Virus record (IMG/VR): IMGVR_UViG_3300025834_000002
Direction: 5' to 3' (one strand)
Length of the DNA stretch: 43,301 bases
Source of the DNA: a virus
The notes below the pieces were generated by a model. That model had not been told where the DNA came from. It did no database searches and saw nothing but the letters and a program-made list of their open reading frames with translations. The stretch's first letter is position 1; every line of letters begins with the position of its first letter. Both the position numbers and the translations under genes were made by a program. Below, piece after piece: positions 17,533 through 25,882 of the stretch.

Positions 17533-18840
17533 TTATGCTGCTTTCTGCTTATGCACTATTATTCTCTGCCACGTTATTCTAGTTCCATTAATTACATACC
17601 TTAATCCATCCAATGCATGGTCAAATTGTTTTATAGGAATATCTTCACCACGCTTCTGAGCTTTTGGGTCCCAGCTATATGCACCAAACTCTTTTATAGT
17701 ATTTTCACAACAACTAAGAATACGCAACATATCATTATCTATTATAGAACTAATTAACTCTATACCTCTAAGAACTTCATTATTCGCCTGCTTTAATCCT
17801 TTAACGCCTTCTTCAAATAGTTGTAGCATAAAGCCTTTAGCAGAGGGGTCAATAAATATATCATCATACCTTACTGGCATTCCTTCTACACCACACTTAA
17901 TTAACCATAACTTAAAGTCTTTTGAATACTTGCTAGGAGACTTCTGTTCTTGAGAGCTTCTACCTTCATGGTAATACTCACTTAATATATAAAGTTTATC
18001 ATCACTACCTAAACCTATTAAAAGAAATACAGTTGCATTACTCTGTCCATAATCTACACCTATCCATTTCTTTCTTATTACTACATTCAATGGCACTATA
18101 CGAACTATCATATGATTTCTAAACATACTATAAATAATACCTTCTGCTACTACCCATAAACCGAGTATAAACCTATCATAAAATACTCCACCGAACATCC
18201 TCTTATATCTTGCTTTTACCTTCTCAGATAGTGATGGATTATCGTCTAATTCAAAATGTATTCTAATAGCATTCTTACTTAATAGTTGGTCAATCCATTC
18301 TAATTTAAACCAATGAAAAGGTCCATCTGGATTGCAATTAAACCACAACTTAGCACCTTCTACTGAACATCTTGCTACTGCTTGATTAACAAAAGACTGA
18401 GGCATCAATACAACCTCATCAAAAAAGAACCCAGCAGAAGTAAAACCTTGCACTAAGTCTTGTGACCTTTCATCCTTACCACCAAATATAAAGAATAAAT
18501 TACTAACACCTTTCCTACTAATCTCTAAGTAATTCTCACTACGATGGTCAAACACTTTATAACCACGTAACCGAAGTAACAACTTTAATACTAATATAAC
18601 ATTTCTTCTAAATGAACCTATTGTCTTTCCAGCCATTCCGAATTGTTGGTTAGAAAAGGTAAACATCGACCATAGAACAAACGAGAGGGACATTATTATG
18701 GTTTTCCCCGCCCTAACGCTCCCATCACAAATAATAGCGTCCTTATTACAATACTTACTTTCTGGTAACCACCAAGTTAATACCTGCTTCTGCTTTAAAC
18801 TAAATGCTTTATATACAAATGATTTAATTTGATTAACCAT
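17533..18840 (-). CDS. terL: Terminase large subunit
   Basis: 435 aa. Walker A CDGSVRAGKT, Walker B-like FFFDEV, C-terminal nuclease-like region. Downstream of TerS. Confidence 0.9.
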   Translation of the reverse strand: MVNQIKSFVYKAFSLKQKQVLTWWLPESKYCNKDAIICDGSVRAGKTIIMSLSFVLWSMFTFSNQQFGMAGKTIGSFRRNVILVLKLLLRLRGYKVFDHRSENYLEISRKGVSNLFFIFGGKDERSQDLVQGFTSAGFFFDEVVLMPQSFVNQAVARCSVEGAKLWFNCNPDGPFHWFKLEWIDQLLSKNAIRIHFELDDNPSLSEKVKARYKRMFGGVFYDRFILGLWVVAEGIIYSMFRNHMIVRIVPLNVVIRKKWIGVDYGQSNATVFLLIGLGSDDKLYILSEYYHEGRSSQEQKSPSKYSKDFKLWLIKCGVEGMPVRYDDIFIDPSAKGFMLQLFEEGVKGLKQANNEVLRGIELISSIIDNDMLRILSCCENTIKEFGAYSWDPKAQKRGEDIPIKQFDHALDGLRYVINGTRITWQRIIVHKQKAA

Positions 18841-18843
18841 ATA

Positions 18844-19110
18844 CTATACACCTCTACGCTTAGGCCACTTGTTTATATAATATACCTTAAATCCTCTATT
18901 CTGATACTTAACTACTGCAGCTCTCAGAACCTCATTACTATCAGATATTTCTCTCTTCATTTCTATTATTCCATCTTTCTCTACTGCATATATTGCATAC
19001 TGTTTTTCTTCTTTATATTTATCCCTTGCAGTCTCTAAGCAAGCTACGGTTAATGGTTCTGCTATCTCATAAACATTACCATTTACTATTAGTTTTTTAG
19101 TCAATAACAT
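18844..19110 (-). CDS. Hypothetical protein between TerS and TerL
   Basis: 88-aa ORF, tightly packed. Confidence 0.5.
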   Translation of the reverse strand: MLLTKKLIVNGNVYEIAEPLTVACLETARDKYKEEKQYAIYAVEKDGIIEMKREISDSNEVLRAAVVKYQNRGFKVYYINKWPKRRGV

Positions 19111-19787
19111 TATTCTTCCTCCCCATCTTCCACCTCAGCTAATTCCCATACTTCCTTTACTGAACCTTTAAGCGCTTCAATGAATCCATCATCTTGTTCC
19201 TCATCCTCAAACTGCCCAGCTTTCTTTTTTTCAATCTCTACTCTTTGTCTCATAAGCTCCAGTTTCTGCTCTTCTATCTTTTGACGCCAATCTCTAGGCA
19301 TTACATCAAAGTACCGCTCTAGTCTATCGAAGGCGACTAACTTATCATACAACTCTATTGTAACACCATCTTTACCTTGTCTTACTGTTTTTATTAGCTG
19401 TCCGTCAATATCTGAACCATTATATAACTTAATTCTGTTATTCTCAATTTTAACAAAATCCGTCATATCACTAAATGCTATACGCATATATTTCTCCACA
19501 ATATCCATTGCGGTAATATTGCAGCGTTTACTAACCTTTAACTTTAACCAGCAAATATATTTATTTACTTTCGGTTTGTTTCTGAGCTTATATCCTACTA
19601 AATTCGCTGTAGTGCCTTTGTACCCAGCCTTTACTGCTGACATCTTAACATTGTAACTTCCCATAAAATACTCACAGAAGAGAATCTCCTTATCACTAAG
19701 CCCTTCCGAAGCCTCATCCCTCCCCATATCCAGCAGCTCTTCCTCTGACTCTTGGGTATATATCTTTCTTTTAACTGTGGGCAACAA
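19110..19787 (-). CDS. terS: Terminase small subunit (Terminase_2-like)
   Basis: LSDKEILFCEYFMGSYNVKMSAVKAGYKGTTANLVGYKLRNKPKV matches the TerS HTH signature. TTG start after AGGAGGTG. Confidence 0.85.
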   Translation of the reverse strand: MLPTVKRKIYTQESEEELLDMGRDEASEGLSDKEILFCEYFMGSYNVKMSAVKAGYKGTTANLVGYKLRNKPKVNKYICWLKLKVSKRCNITAMDIVEKYMRIAFSDMTDFVKIENNRIKLYNGSDIDGQLIKTVRQGKDGVTIELYDKLVAFDRLERYFDVMPRDWRQKIEEQKLELMRQRVEIEKKKAGQFEDEEQDDGFIEALKGSVKEVWELAEVEDGEEE

Positions 19788-19921
19788 TTACACCTCCTTT
19801 AATTTTATTTTATAACGAGCAAAAGCGCCCATTTCTGAGCGCTCGCATTCTAGCCAATAAGTTCTGTATCTTATTGCAGTTTATTACATTCCCTTATTTA
19901 AAGCGCTGCACCGCTGCTAAA

Positions 19922-20299
19922 TCATTCGTTCATTTTCTTTCTAAGTCTTTCCTTTGCAAACTGCTTCTTTATAGCTAACTTTGATTCGGATTGCTTTAAA
20001 TAAGCTGTCATATTACAAGCATCACAATTAAATTGCTGATTCATATAAAACAAACTATGGAACTCTTTACACCTTTCACATGTGCTATGCCTGAAGTTCT
20101 TTTCATCTAGCATAACAAAGAGTTCTAAACGGAAGGATGGCAAATCTGTATTTTTAATTCTAACTACATGCCAATATACATCACTGATTTCATCCCCATT
20201 TATAATGTTCTCCGCAACCCAAATACAAGCTTTTAAGTACGCTTGCTTCTTGGTTTCATCTGAAAACTCTTTTGCAAAAAACTTAGTAATTATTTCCAC
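19922..20299 (-). CDS. Hypothetical Cys-rich protein (125 aa)
   Basis: CERC...CDAC pairs suggest a zinc ribbon. Confidence 0.5.
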   Translation of the reverse strand: MEIITKFFAKEFSDETKKQAYLKACIWVAENIINGDEISDVYWHVVRIKNTDLPSFRLELFVMLDEKNFRHSTCERCKEFHSLFYMNQQFNCDACNMTAYLKQSESKLAIKKQFAKERLRKKMNE

Positions 20300-20559
20300 T
20301 ATTCTTCACCCCCAAAGAGTTGCTTGTTTACTACCTCTTTCTCCATCTTATTAATCAATCTGCTAGCCTTATCCTTGGTATATATAGCTACTTCTTTGGG
20401 AATATCTATTACTAACATTTCGCACAATATATCAATCTTTCTGACTTGCCTATTGGTTATTTGTAACTTAGTTCCCAGTTTGCACTCACGATTCCTGCAG
20501 AAACCGCTACTCAATTTTAAGCTCTGGCATATTGGGCAATATTTGACCTTAGTATCCAT
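20299..20559 (-). CDS. Small zinc-ribbon protein
   Basis: Preferred start MDTKVKYCPICQS (GAAAGGAAAG RBS). CPIC...CRNREC. Confidence 0.55.
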   Translation of the reverse strand: MDTKVKYCPICQSLKLSSGFCRNRECKLGTKLQITNRQVRKIDILCEMLVIDIPKEVAIYTKDKASRLINKMEKEVVNKQLFGGEE

Positions 20560-20617
20560 TCTGAGCTTTCCTTTCATCTTATATATTCTTATGCTATCTT
20601 AGCACTAATTTTCAATC

Positions 20618-21070
20618 CTAAGCCAACAGGCGCTTAATCTTAGCTACTTCTTTCACTGCTTGTTCATCGCACATGTTATTCCATACATTATCTGAATGCC
20701 CTTTGACCTTAATTAACCTTACTTCTGCTTGCTTTAATGAAACCAGCAGTTTCTTCCACAAATCTTGATTCTTTACCTCTTTACCTTGAACAGTCAACCA
20801 ACCATTGTTTTTCCACTTCTTTAACCAGCCCTTGCTTACTGCGTTCACTACATAAGCGCTATCGCTATGTACTTCAATCTTATCATAATCTAAGCTGAGC
20901 GCTAACTTTAAAGCTTCTATAGCTGCCTTAAGCTCCATTCTGTTGCTTGTAGTATCTTTCTCGTTTCCGCTAATCATCTGATTATGCTCTGGCAGCATCA
21001 ATAAGCTTGCCCAACCCCCTGGCCCTGGATTGCCACTGCAAGCGCCATCAGTATATATTCTAAGCTTCAT
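20618..21070 (-). CDS. rnhA: Ribonuclease HI
   Basis: IYTDGACSGNPGPGGW, NRMELKA, HSDSAYV and KGHSD...NNMCDEQA give the DEDD catalytic pattern of type-1 RNase H. Confidence 0.9.
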   Translation of the reverse strand: MKLRIYTDGACSGNPGPGGWASLLMLPEHNQMISGNEKDTTSNRMELKAAIEALKLALSLDYDKIEVHSDSAYVVNAVSKGWLKKWKNNGWLTVQGKEVKNQDLWKKLLVSLKQAEVRLIKVKGHSDNVWNNMCDEQAVKEVAKIKRLLA

Positions 21071-21421
21071 CTATTGACCTCCCTTAAGGTAATTCTTTAT
21101 ATAATCATACTCAAATATCGCTACCTTAGCTAGTCCTTCTTTTAGACACAAAGCATATATTGTTCCCAGCATTGCATTGTTTTCTGAGTGCTTAATCATA
21201 ATACTAAAATGAGGAAACTTGCTGTTCTTTGAACAAAATATGTAGCCAACCATAATAGGATACTTATCTTGCATCTTCTTTATCGCACCCTCTAACATTG
21301 TTGCATCAAGACTTTCTAAGTCACTATTTTTGAAGAATGGTAAACTTAATGCTGCTTTGTAAACCAGCGTTTCATTCTCCTTCTTTGAGCAATCTAGCCC
21401 AATAACCTCAATGATTTTCAA
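21071..21421 (-). CDS. Hypothetical protein (116 aa)
   Basis: TTG start 8 nt after GGGAGG. Confidence 0.5.
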   Translation of the reverse strand: MKIIEVIGLDCSKKENETLVYKAALSLPFFKNSDLESLDATMLEGAIKKMQDKYPIMVGYIFCSKNSKFPHFSIMIKHSENNAMLGTIYALCLKEGLAKVAIFEYDYIKNYLKGGQ

Positions 21422-21461
21422 TCACTTTACCTCCCAATAATTATAAAATAATATAAGAATA

Positions 21462-21484
21462 GGGAAGGGCTATTAACCCCTCCC
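21462..21484 (-). terminator. Probable rho-independent terminator
   Basis: Minus strand GGGAGGGG-TTAATAG-CCCTTCCC (8 bp, one G.U pair) followed by a T-rich tract. Lies 18 nt after the stop at 21502. Confidence 0.5.
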
Positions 21485-21501
21485 ATTATTCTGCACTGAA
21501 C

Positions 21502-22050
21502 CTATACGTCCCAATCCTCATCATCATCTTTTTTCTTTTTCTTCTTTGGCTCTTCTTTTTTACCTTTTTTAGGTTTTTCCTCTTCCTCTTCTTCCTCTTC
21601 TTCGTCCTCTTCCTCTTCTTCTACTTTTTTAGACTTCTTAACGGGTTTCTTTGGCTCTTCTTTCTTACCCTTCTTAGGTTTTTCCTCTTCCTCATCATCT
21701 TCATCGTCGTCCTCTTCATCTTTAGACTTCTTTGAAGGCTTTTTATCTGCTTTCTTTTCTACTGCTTCTTTCTTGCCTTTCTTAGGAGCTTCCTCTTCCT
21801 CATCTTCATCTTCTGAATCTTCTGCTTCCGCTTTTGCTTCACCCTTCAACATGATTTCCAGCTTACGCATGGTCATCCATTCAGGCATATTAGTAAGCAT
21901 AGCTTCCATACCTGATTCAGTAGTTACTGCGAGTGCAGATAAAGGAAACCTTCTTGTTACATCAGCCACATCTGCCATACTTACCTTTTTCCCTTTTACA
22001 TAATCTCTTACTAATTTTACTGCTGCTGCTGCTGTCCAATTCGTAGCCAT
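21502..22050 (-). CDS. Protein with a ~70-aa N-terminal domain and a ~110-aa alternating poly-acidic/poly-basic tail ending DDDEDWDV
   Basis: Translation read directly. The unit EEEE(K/A)PKKGKKE(EPKKP) is repeated three times. Has its own promoter, long leader and terminator. Confidence 0.7.
   Translation of the reverse strand: MATNWTAAAAVKLVRDYVKGKKVSMADVADVTRRFPLSALAVTTESGMEAMLTNMPEWMTMRKLEIMLKGEAKAEAEDSEDEDEEEEAPKKGKKEAVEKKADKKPSKKSKDEEDDDEDDEEEEKPKKGKKEEPKKPVKKSKKVEEEEEDEEEEEEEEEKPKKGKKEEPKKKKKKDDDEDWDV
21505..21843 (-). repeat. Low-complexity GAA/AAG-rich coding repeats (three imperfect ~45-bp units)
   Basis: Plus-strand units near 21541, 21647 and 21770 share ctttggctcttc...ttaggtttttcctcttcctc. 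Confidence 0.7.
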
Positions 22051-22064
22051 AATTTTTCTCCTCT

Positions 22065-22075
22065 GCCCTTTGGGC
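22065..22075 (-). promoter_or_regulatory. Leader GC hairpin abutting the RBS
   Basis: Minus strand GCCC-AAA-GGGC followed by AGAGGAG, 14 nt before the ATG at 22050. Confidence 0.5.
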
Positions 22076-22175
22076 TTTCCAATTTTATTTTGTTGTCAAA
22101 GTTCTCTCAGCTTGGAATACAAATTACTCTGCATCAAGCTACGCTAAATTTATCTTGTAAAGTTCTTACTGTCTT

Positions 22176-22204
22176 ATTATATATCAAGGAAATATAATTG
22201 TAAA
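22176..22204 (-). promoter_or_regulatory. Sigma-A type promoter
   Basis: Minus strand TTTACAattatatttccttgataTATAAT, then N5-AGTAAG. Confidence 0.75.
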
Positions 22205-22226
22205 TAGCTTTTTAAAATCTTTTTTA

Positions 22227-22454
22227 CTATAATTTCCCGATTGCTAAGTTTAATGCGTCCCTAAGCTCATGCAGTCCATCCTCTGTTCCTACATGAATAG
22301 CTCCCTTAACAAATATCTCAATTTGCTTACTGCCATTCATAACCAATAGCTGCTGAGCTATTGTAAATCCACCATCCGATTCGTTAGCTGATATTATAAC
22401 CCGCTTGTTTGGCTCCAGTTTAGCTCTTGATAACTCCCTATATTTCTTTGCCAT
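22227..22454 (-). CDS. Hypothetical protein (75 aa)
   Basis: ORF only. Confidence 0.5.
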   Translation of the reverse strand: MAKKYRELSRAKLEPNKRVIISANESDGGFTIAQQLLVMNGSKQIEIFVKGAIHVGTEDGLHELRDALNLAIGKL

Positions 22455-22457
22455 AAT

Positions 22458-22856
22458 TTACTCATCCTCTCCCTCAACATCGCTTACATCATCTACAGTA
22501 GCCTTAAAGCGCACCTTGAATAATTGACCCACTAAGCAGTTCAAATTATCACTTTCCACATAGTCTAGCATTCCATTAAACTTCATTATACCTTGTCCAT
22601 CATGGTCAATCTTAAACTCATTCAACATAAAGGAACCTAAGCTGAATGATTTTTGTGCCTCAATCTTTACTATAATTTCTATGTTCTCGTTCAATAGCTG
22701 AATAAGCTTTATATAATTAGGAAGCTCACCATATACAAATACTAATCCTAAGTTTACAGACTTATTATTTCTTATGCTATGCCCATTATAAGCAGCTACA
22801 CTTTTTATTGCAATCTCTTTACTCACTTTTTCCACCTCTTCTCTTGTTCCTTCCAA
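22458..22856 (-). CDS. Hypothetical protein with acidic C-terminus (DDVSDVEGEDE)
   Basis: ORF only; start uncertain (34-nt overlap with the upstream gene). Confidence 0.5.
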   Translation of the reverse strand: MEGTREEVEKVSKEIAIKSVAAYNGHSIRNNKSVNLGLVFVYGELPNYIKLIQLLNENIEIIVKIEAQKSFSLGSFMLNEFKIDHDGQGIMKFNGMLDYVESDNLNCLVGQLFKVRFKATVDDVSDVEGEDE

Positions 22857-23278
22857 AACTTATCTCTCGATTTTGGAGAGGACTTAATCGCATCTTGTTT
22901 TGGAGCTTGCTCTGATTCACAAATCACTATACTTTCTACTATTTCACACCTTCCACATTCCATATATTCTGCTACGCTTGGAAGGTCACTAGGTCTTACT
23001 AATACAAAAACCTCATCTGTTTGCAAGAATTGCACCATAAATAATGGTACCTTATGTGCTACAATTGCATTATACTCTAAGGTATGTATGTCCTTTAACT
23101 TCACTGATATGCTGCTAGCGTCTGTACTTTTAAGCTGAGCTATTAAAAAATCATTCTGACCATCTTCCTTTTCAATCCACCCACTACCAGAATTGGCTGT
23201 AGGTCTTAATCCAAATTTGCACATCACTTGCGCTTCATTATCCCTATAGAACTTAAAACTACGCTTTATAGTATCCAC
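22823..23278 (-). CDS. Hypothetical protein, possibly a PD-(D/E)xK-like nuclease
   Basis: GTG start after GGGGG. Weak EDG...DFLIAQLKS pattern only. Confidence 0.3.
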   Translation of the reverse strand: MDTIKRSFKFYRDNEAQVMCKFGLRPTANSGSGWIEKEDGQNDFLIAQLKSTDASSISVKLKDIHTLEYNAIVAHKVPLFMVQFLQTDEVFVLVRPSDLPSVAEYMECGRCEIVESIVICESEQAPKQDAIKSSPKSRDKFWKEQEKRWKK

Positions 23279-23344
23279 TTTTGCCCCCTAAACAAACAAA
23301 TAGGCGGAGAGATATTTCCCACCACCTATAAACTATATTGTACC

Positions 23345-23638
23345 TTACTTGCTATTGGACAAAGCTGCTTTTACACCTTCCCAATCTTCTGCACTAACCT
23401 TATGTATTTCCTCTTCACCCTCAAATTGTATTGAGACTTTAACTCTAGCTATCTGCCTTGGTGTCTCAATTGCTACTGCCCTGTCGCACTCTTTGCAAAA
23501 CCCAGCTTTTAACATATCATAGAAAGTTGGCAACTCTTCTCTTATCACCCCAATGAACTCATTCAATTCCCTTAAGGTAACTGCTAATGGATTAACGTTG
23601 CATAGTTTTGCTTCTTTTAAGCTATCAAACTCTAACAT
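23345..23638 (-). CDS. Hypothetical protein (97 aa)
   Basis: AAAGGAGGAATATTA RBS; first gene after promoter 23751-23779. Confidence 0.55.
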   Translation of the reverse strand: MLEFDSLKEAKLCNVNPLAVTLRELNEFIGVIREELPTFYDMLKAGFCKECDRAVAIETPRQIARVKVSIQFEGEEEIHKVSAEDWEGVKAALSNSK

Positions 23639-23687
23639 TAATATTCCTCCTTTTAATTTTTACTTTTATATTATGAAACAACCCTTA

Positions 23688-23702
23688 GCGGTTAACAACC
23701 GC
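23688..23702 (-). promoter_or_regulatory. 6-bp leader hairpin
   Basis: Minus strand GCGGTT-GTT-AACCGC, with no U-run after it. Confidence 0.35.
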
Positions 23703-23750
23703 ATACTAAATTACTTTTACAGCCTATTTCCTTTCCGCTCCAGCAAGCTT

Positions 23751-23779
23751 ATTGTATCATTTTTTTGCGTATTTGTCAA
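23751..23779 (-). promoter_or_regulatory. Sigma-A type promoter (full TTGACA -35)
   Basis: Minus strand TTGACAaatacgcaaaaaaaTGaTACAAT, 17-nt spacer. Confidence 0.75.
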
Positions 23780-23792
23780 GCCGAGTTTGTAG

Positions 23793-24116
23793 CTACCTCC
23801 AGCCCCTCTTACATTGATTAATCACGCTTCGAGCAACATATAACATATGCTCTTTCTGAGCTTTTGTAAGCTTACTAAATAAATCAAAACCTGTGTTACC
23901 ATCAAAATCTTTAAATACTTCATTCCACCTTGACTTTGTATATGATTTAGGCCATCTAGCTTTGTATTTTATAAGTTGTGCTGAGTTAGCATCAAACATT
24001 TTGTCTGATACAACATTTTCGCTGAGCTCGTAGTATATAATACTATTCACCAAAATCCAGTACTGCAAGGTACTAATTTTTTCAAGCTTTCCCATGTAAG
24101 GGTTTTTGAATCTCAT
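23793..24116 (-). CDS. Hypothetical protein with a LigA domain-Ia-like motif
   Basis: Preferred start MRFKNPY (GGGAGGAA RBS). IIYYELSENVVSDKMFDANSAQLIKYKARWP resembles YYv.d.P.isD.eYD.L...L...P. Confidence 0.5.
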   Translation of the reverse strand: MRFKNPYMGKLEKISTLQYWILVNSIIYYELSENVVSDKMFDANSAQLIKYKARWPKSYTKSRWNEVFKDFDGNTGFDLFSKLTKAQKEHMLYVARSVINQCKRGWR

Positions 24117-24246
24117 TCCATTCCTCCCACTCAAGCGCTTCTAATATACAGCGCATACATGGTGTATCTTTTCCCTGATTCCTTTGCATATCATTTACTA
24201 CTGCACCACATTTGATACACATAAAGTTCTTTTGGGGGTCACTCAT
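24082..24246 (-). CDS. Small zinc-ribbon protein (54 aa)
   Basis: Preferred start MSDPQKNF, in ATGA overlap with the upstream 53-aa ORF. CIKCG...CMRC. Confidence 0.55.
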   Translation of the reverse strand: MSDPQKNFMCIKCGAVVNDMQRNQGKDTPCMRCILEALEWEEWNEIQKPLHGKA

Positions 24247-24404
24247 TTTTTCACCTCTACTAAATTCCAAGGATAAGTAAATATAATTCCAAATTCAGTC
24301 TTAATCTGAATGGCATCGTCCGCATCATTAAACCCTACTATTTCAGCTTCACAATTTAATACGGTGGACCAATATTTATTTCCAATACGCATTATTTCCT
24401 TCAT
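24243..24404 (-). CDS. Small hypothetical protein (53 aa, below the ORF-track cutoff)
   Basis: GAGAAGGTGAAGTG RBS, translation MKEIMRIGNKYWSTVLNCEAEIVGFNDADDAIQIKTEFGIIFTYPWNLVEVKK, TGA at 24243. Confidence 0.55.
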   Translation of the reverse strand: MKEIMRIGNKYWSTVLNCEAEIVGFNDADDAIQIKTEFGIIFTYPWNLVEVKK

Positions 24405-24451
24405 CACTTCACCTTCTCTCTGTAAGAGTTTTTGAATCTTCCTCTGCTACT

Positions 24452-24649
24452 TCACTTCTTATTCAACCAACTTAATAATCTGTTTAACCTTTTATCAATA
24501 ACTTTAGCAATCTTATCAGCTAGCAACTCTCGTTTTAATTTCGGCTTATTTGCTTCAAAACAATCAACAACTTTCTTACTCTTCCACGCAACTAAGCACA
24601 TTTTATCCCACTTGCAATCTTTACATTTGCGAACTTCTACCATCTTCAT
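24452..24649 (-). CDS. Small Cys-containing basic protein (65 aa)
   Basis: Preferred start MKMVEVRKCKDCKWDK after AAAGGAGGGAGGG. Confidence 0.55.
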   Translation of the reverse strand: MKMVEVRKCKDCKWDKMCLVAWKSKKVVDCFEANKPKLKRELLADKIAKVIDKRLNRLLSWLNKK

Positions 24650-24741
24650 CCCTCCCTCCTTTAAGCTCCCATTCGGCTTCTTTTTGCTCACCGATTCCCT
24701 TTGAATATCTTATTATATTTTATGGGAGCTTAAAGCAAGGA

Positions 24742-24760
24742 AGGAGCTTTTTAGGCTCCT
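24742..24760 (-). terminator. Possible terminator after the AAA+ gene
   Basis: Minus strand AGGAGC-CTAAAAA-GCTCCT followed by TCCTTGCTTT (weak U tract). Confidence 0.4.
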
Positions 24761-24769
24761 GGGCGCTAC

Positions 24770-25825
24770 CTACATTGCTAGCACCTTCATTGCTAAGTGA
24801 TATTTGCTGCTCTTGAAGCTTTTGAAAGTTCTTAGAGTATCAATGTCCATTCCCTTGAATACCACCATCTGGAGAACTTCATCAAGCTTAATCTTGCCTT
24901 CAAGTTTAGTTATCATTGTGATGCACCTATATGAGAAAGTGGCTCTAATTCCTTGAGCTGTTGCTTGGGACCTTAATTCTCTTATGAAGTCTACCAACTC
25001 TACATTTCCTTTTGCGAGGAAAAGTTCAATGTTCCTATCATAATCAAATTTAACAACCGCGAATCTATCAAGAGTTGCTTGGTCAAGAACCATTCTACCT
25101 GTATAATTTTCGTCTGCACCATTTCCGAATGTATTGCCAGCGCTTACTACTCTAAATTCTTCATTGCAATATACTTTACCATTTGGAAATTCAAAGTACC
25201 CATTGGCTATTGCTGCATTTAGAAGAACAAGAACCTCAGGTATACTTGCGTCCATTTCATCTAAGAAGAATAATCCACCATTATTGAATGCTTTGTAAAA
25301 TTCTGTTTCATGGTATGTTCCGCCTGCATCTATAAAACCTGTAAGCTTGAACTCTTGCTGAATGCTGTTTGTGAAGTAGAAGTCCATGTCTAAATCTTTA
25401 GCTATCATTTCAAGTACATGGTTCTTACCGCTGCCAGCAGGCCCTACAAGGTATACCGGAATATTCTCTTGTATCATCTGCAATAGTAGGTCATATTTCT
25501 CATGCTTCACCATTGTAGGAACCTTTACTGCTACCGGAGCTTTAGGAGCTACAGGTAAAGGCATCTTCTTAGCTTCCATTTCATCTTTAATACTATCAGC
25601 TATTCCCTTACGGCTATCATGCATTTTAACTTCTTCTATATTATAAGTATTGTGGTTATCTTCACACCATTCAAAAGTATAATCCACATTATCTATTCTA
25701 AAAGCAGGTTTACCACTTGCAGCTGTAAAAATCTTTCTTATGGTCCATTTTAATGCTCCTTCTTTTCTTACCGCTACTGAACCTGCTGCTTTTACGCTTT
25801 TTACCACTTCATAAGTATTTCTCAT
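24770..25825 (-). CDS. AAA+ ATPase, CobS/MoxR-like (AAA_5)
   Basis: VYLVGPAGSGKN (Walker A with Asn after Lys), LFFLDEMD (Walker B), FRVVSAGN and YTGRMVLDQATLDRFAVVKFDY, which resembles the CobS C-terminal signature. Confidence 0.8.
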   Translation of the reverse strand: MRNTYEVVKSVKAAGSVAVRKEGALKWTIRKIFTAASGKPAFRIDNVDYTFEWCEDNHNTYNIEEVKMHDSRKGIADSIKDEMEAKKMPLPVAPKAPVAVKVPTMVKHEKYDLLLQMIQENIPVYLVGPAGSGKNHVLEMIAKDLDMDFYFTNSIQQEFKLTGFIDAGGTYHETEFYKAFNNGGLFFLDEMDASIPEVLVLLNAAIANGYFEFPNGKVYCNEEFRVVSAGNTFGNGADENYTGRMVLDQATLDRFAVVKFDYDRNIELFLAKGNVELVDFIRELRSQATAQGIRATFSYRCITMITKLEGKIKLDEVLQMVVFKGMDIDTLRTFKSFKSSKYHLAMKVLAM

Positions 25826-25838
25826 TTTTTTGCTCCTC

Positions 25839-25850
25839 TCGCATCGGCGA
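25839..25850 (-). promoter_or_regulatory. Leader GC hairpin abutting the RBS
   Basis: Minus strand TCGC-CGAT-GCGA followed by GAGGAGC, 13 nt before the ATG at 25825. Confidence 0.45.
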
Positions 25851-25882
25851 ACTAAATTTATTTAACTAAATCTTACTATACT

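Noticed and set aside
23291-23326. Hairpin GGTGGG-N9-TCCGCC followed by a T-rich tract after gene 23345..23638, a possible terminator.
   Set aside because: The stem is only 6 bp with two G.U pairs and a long loop, which is too weak to call.
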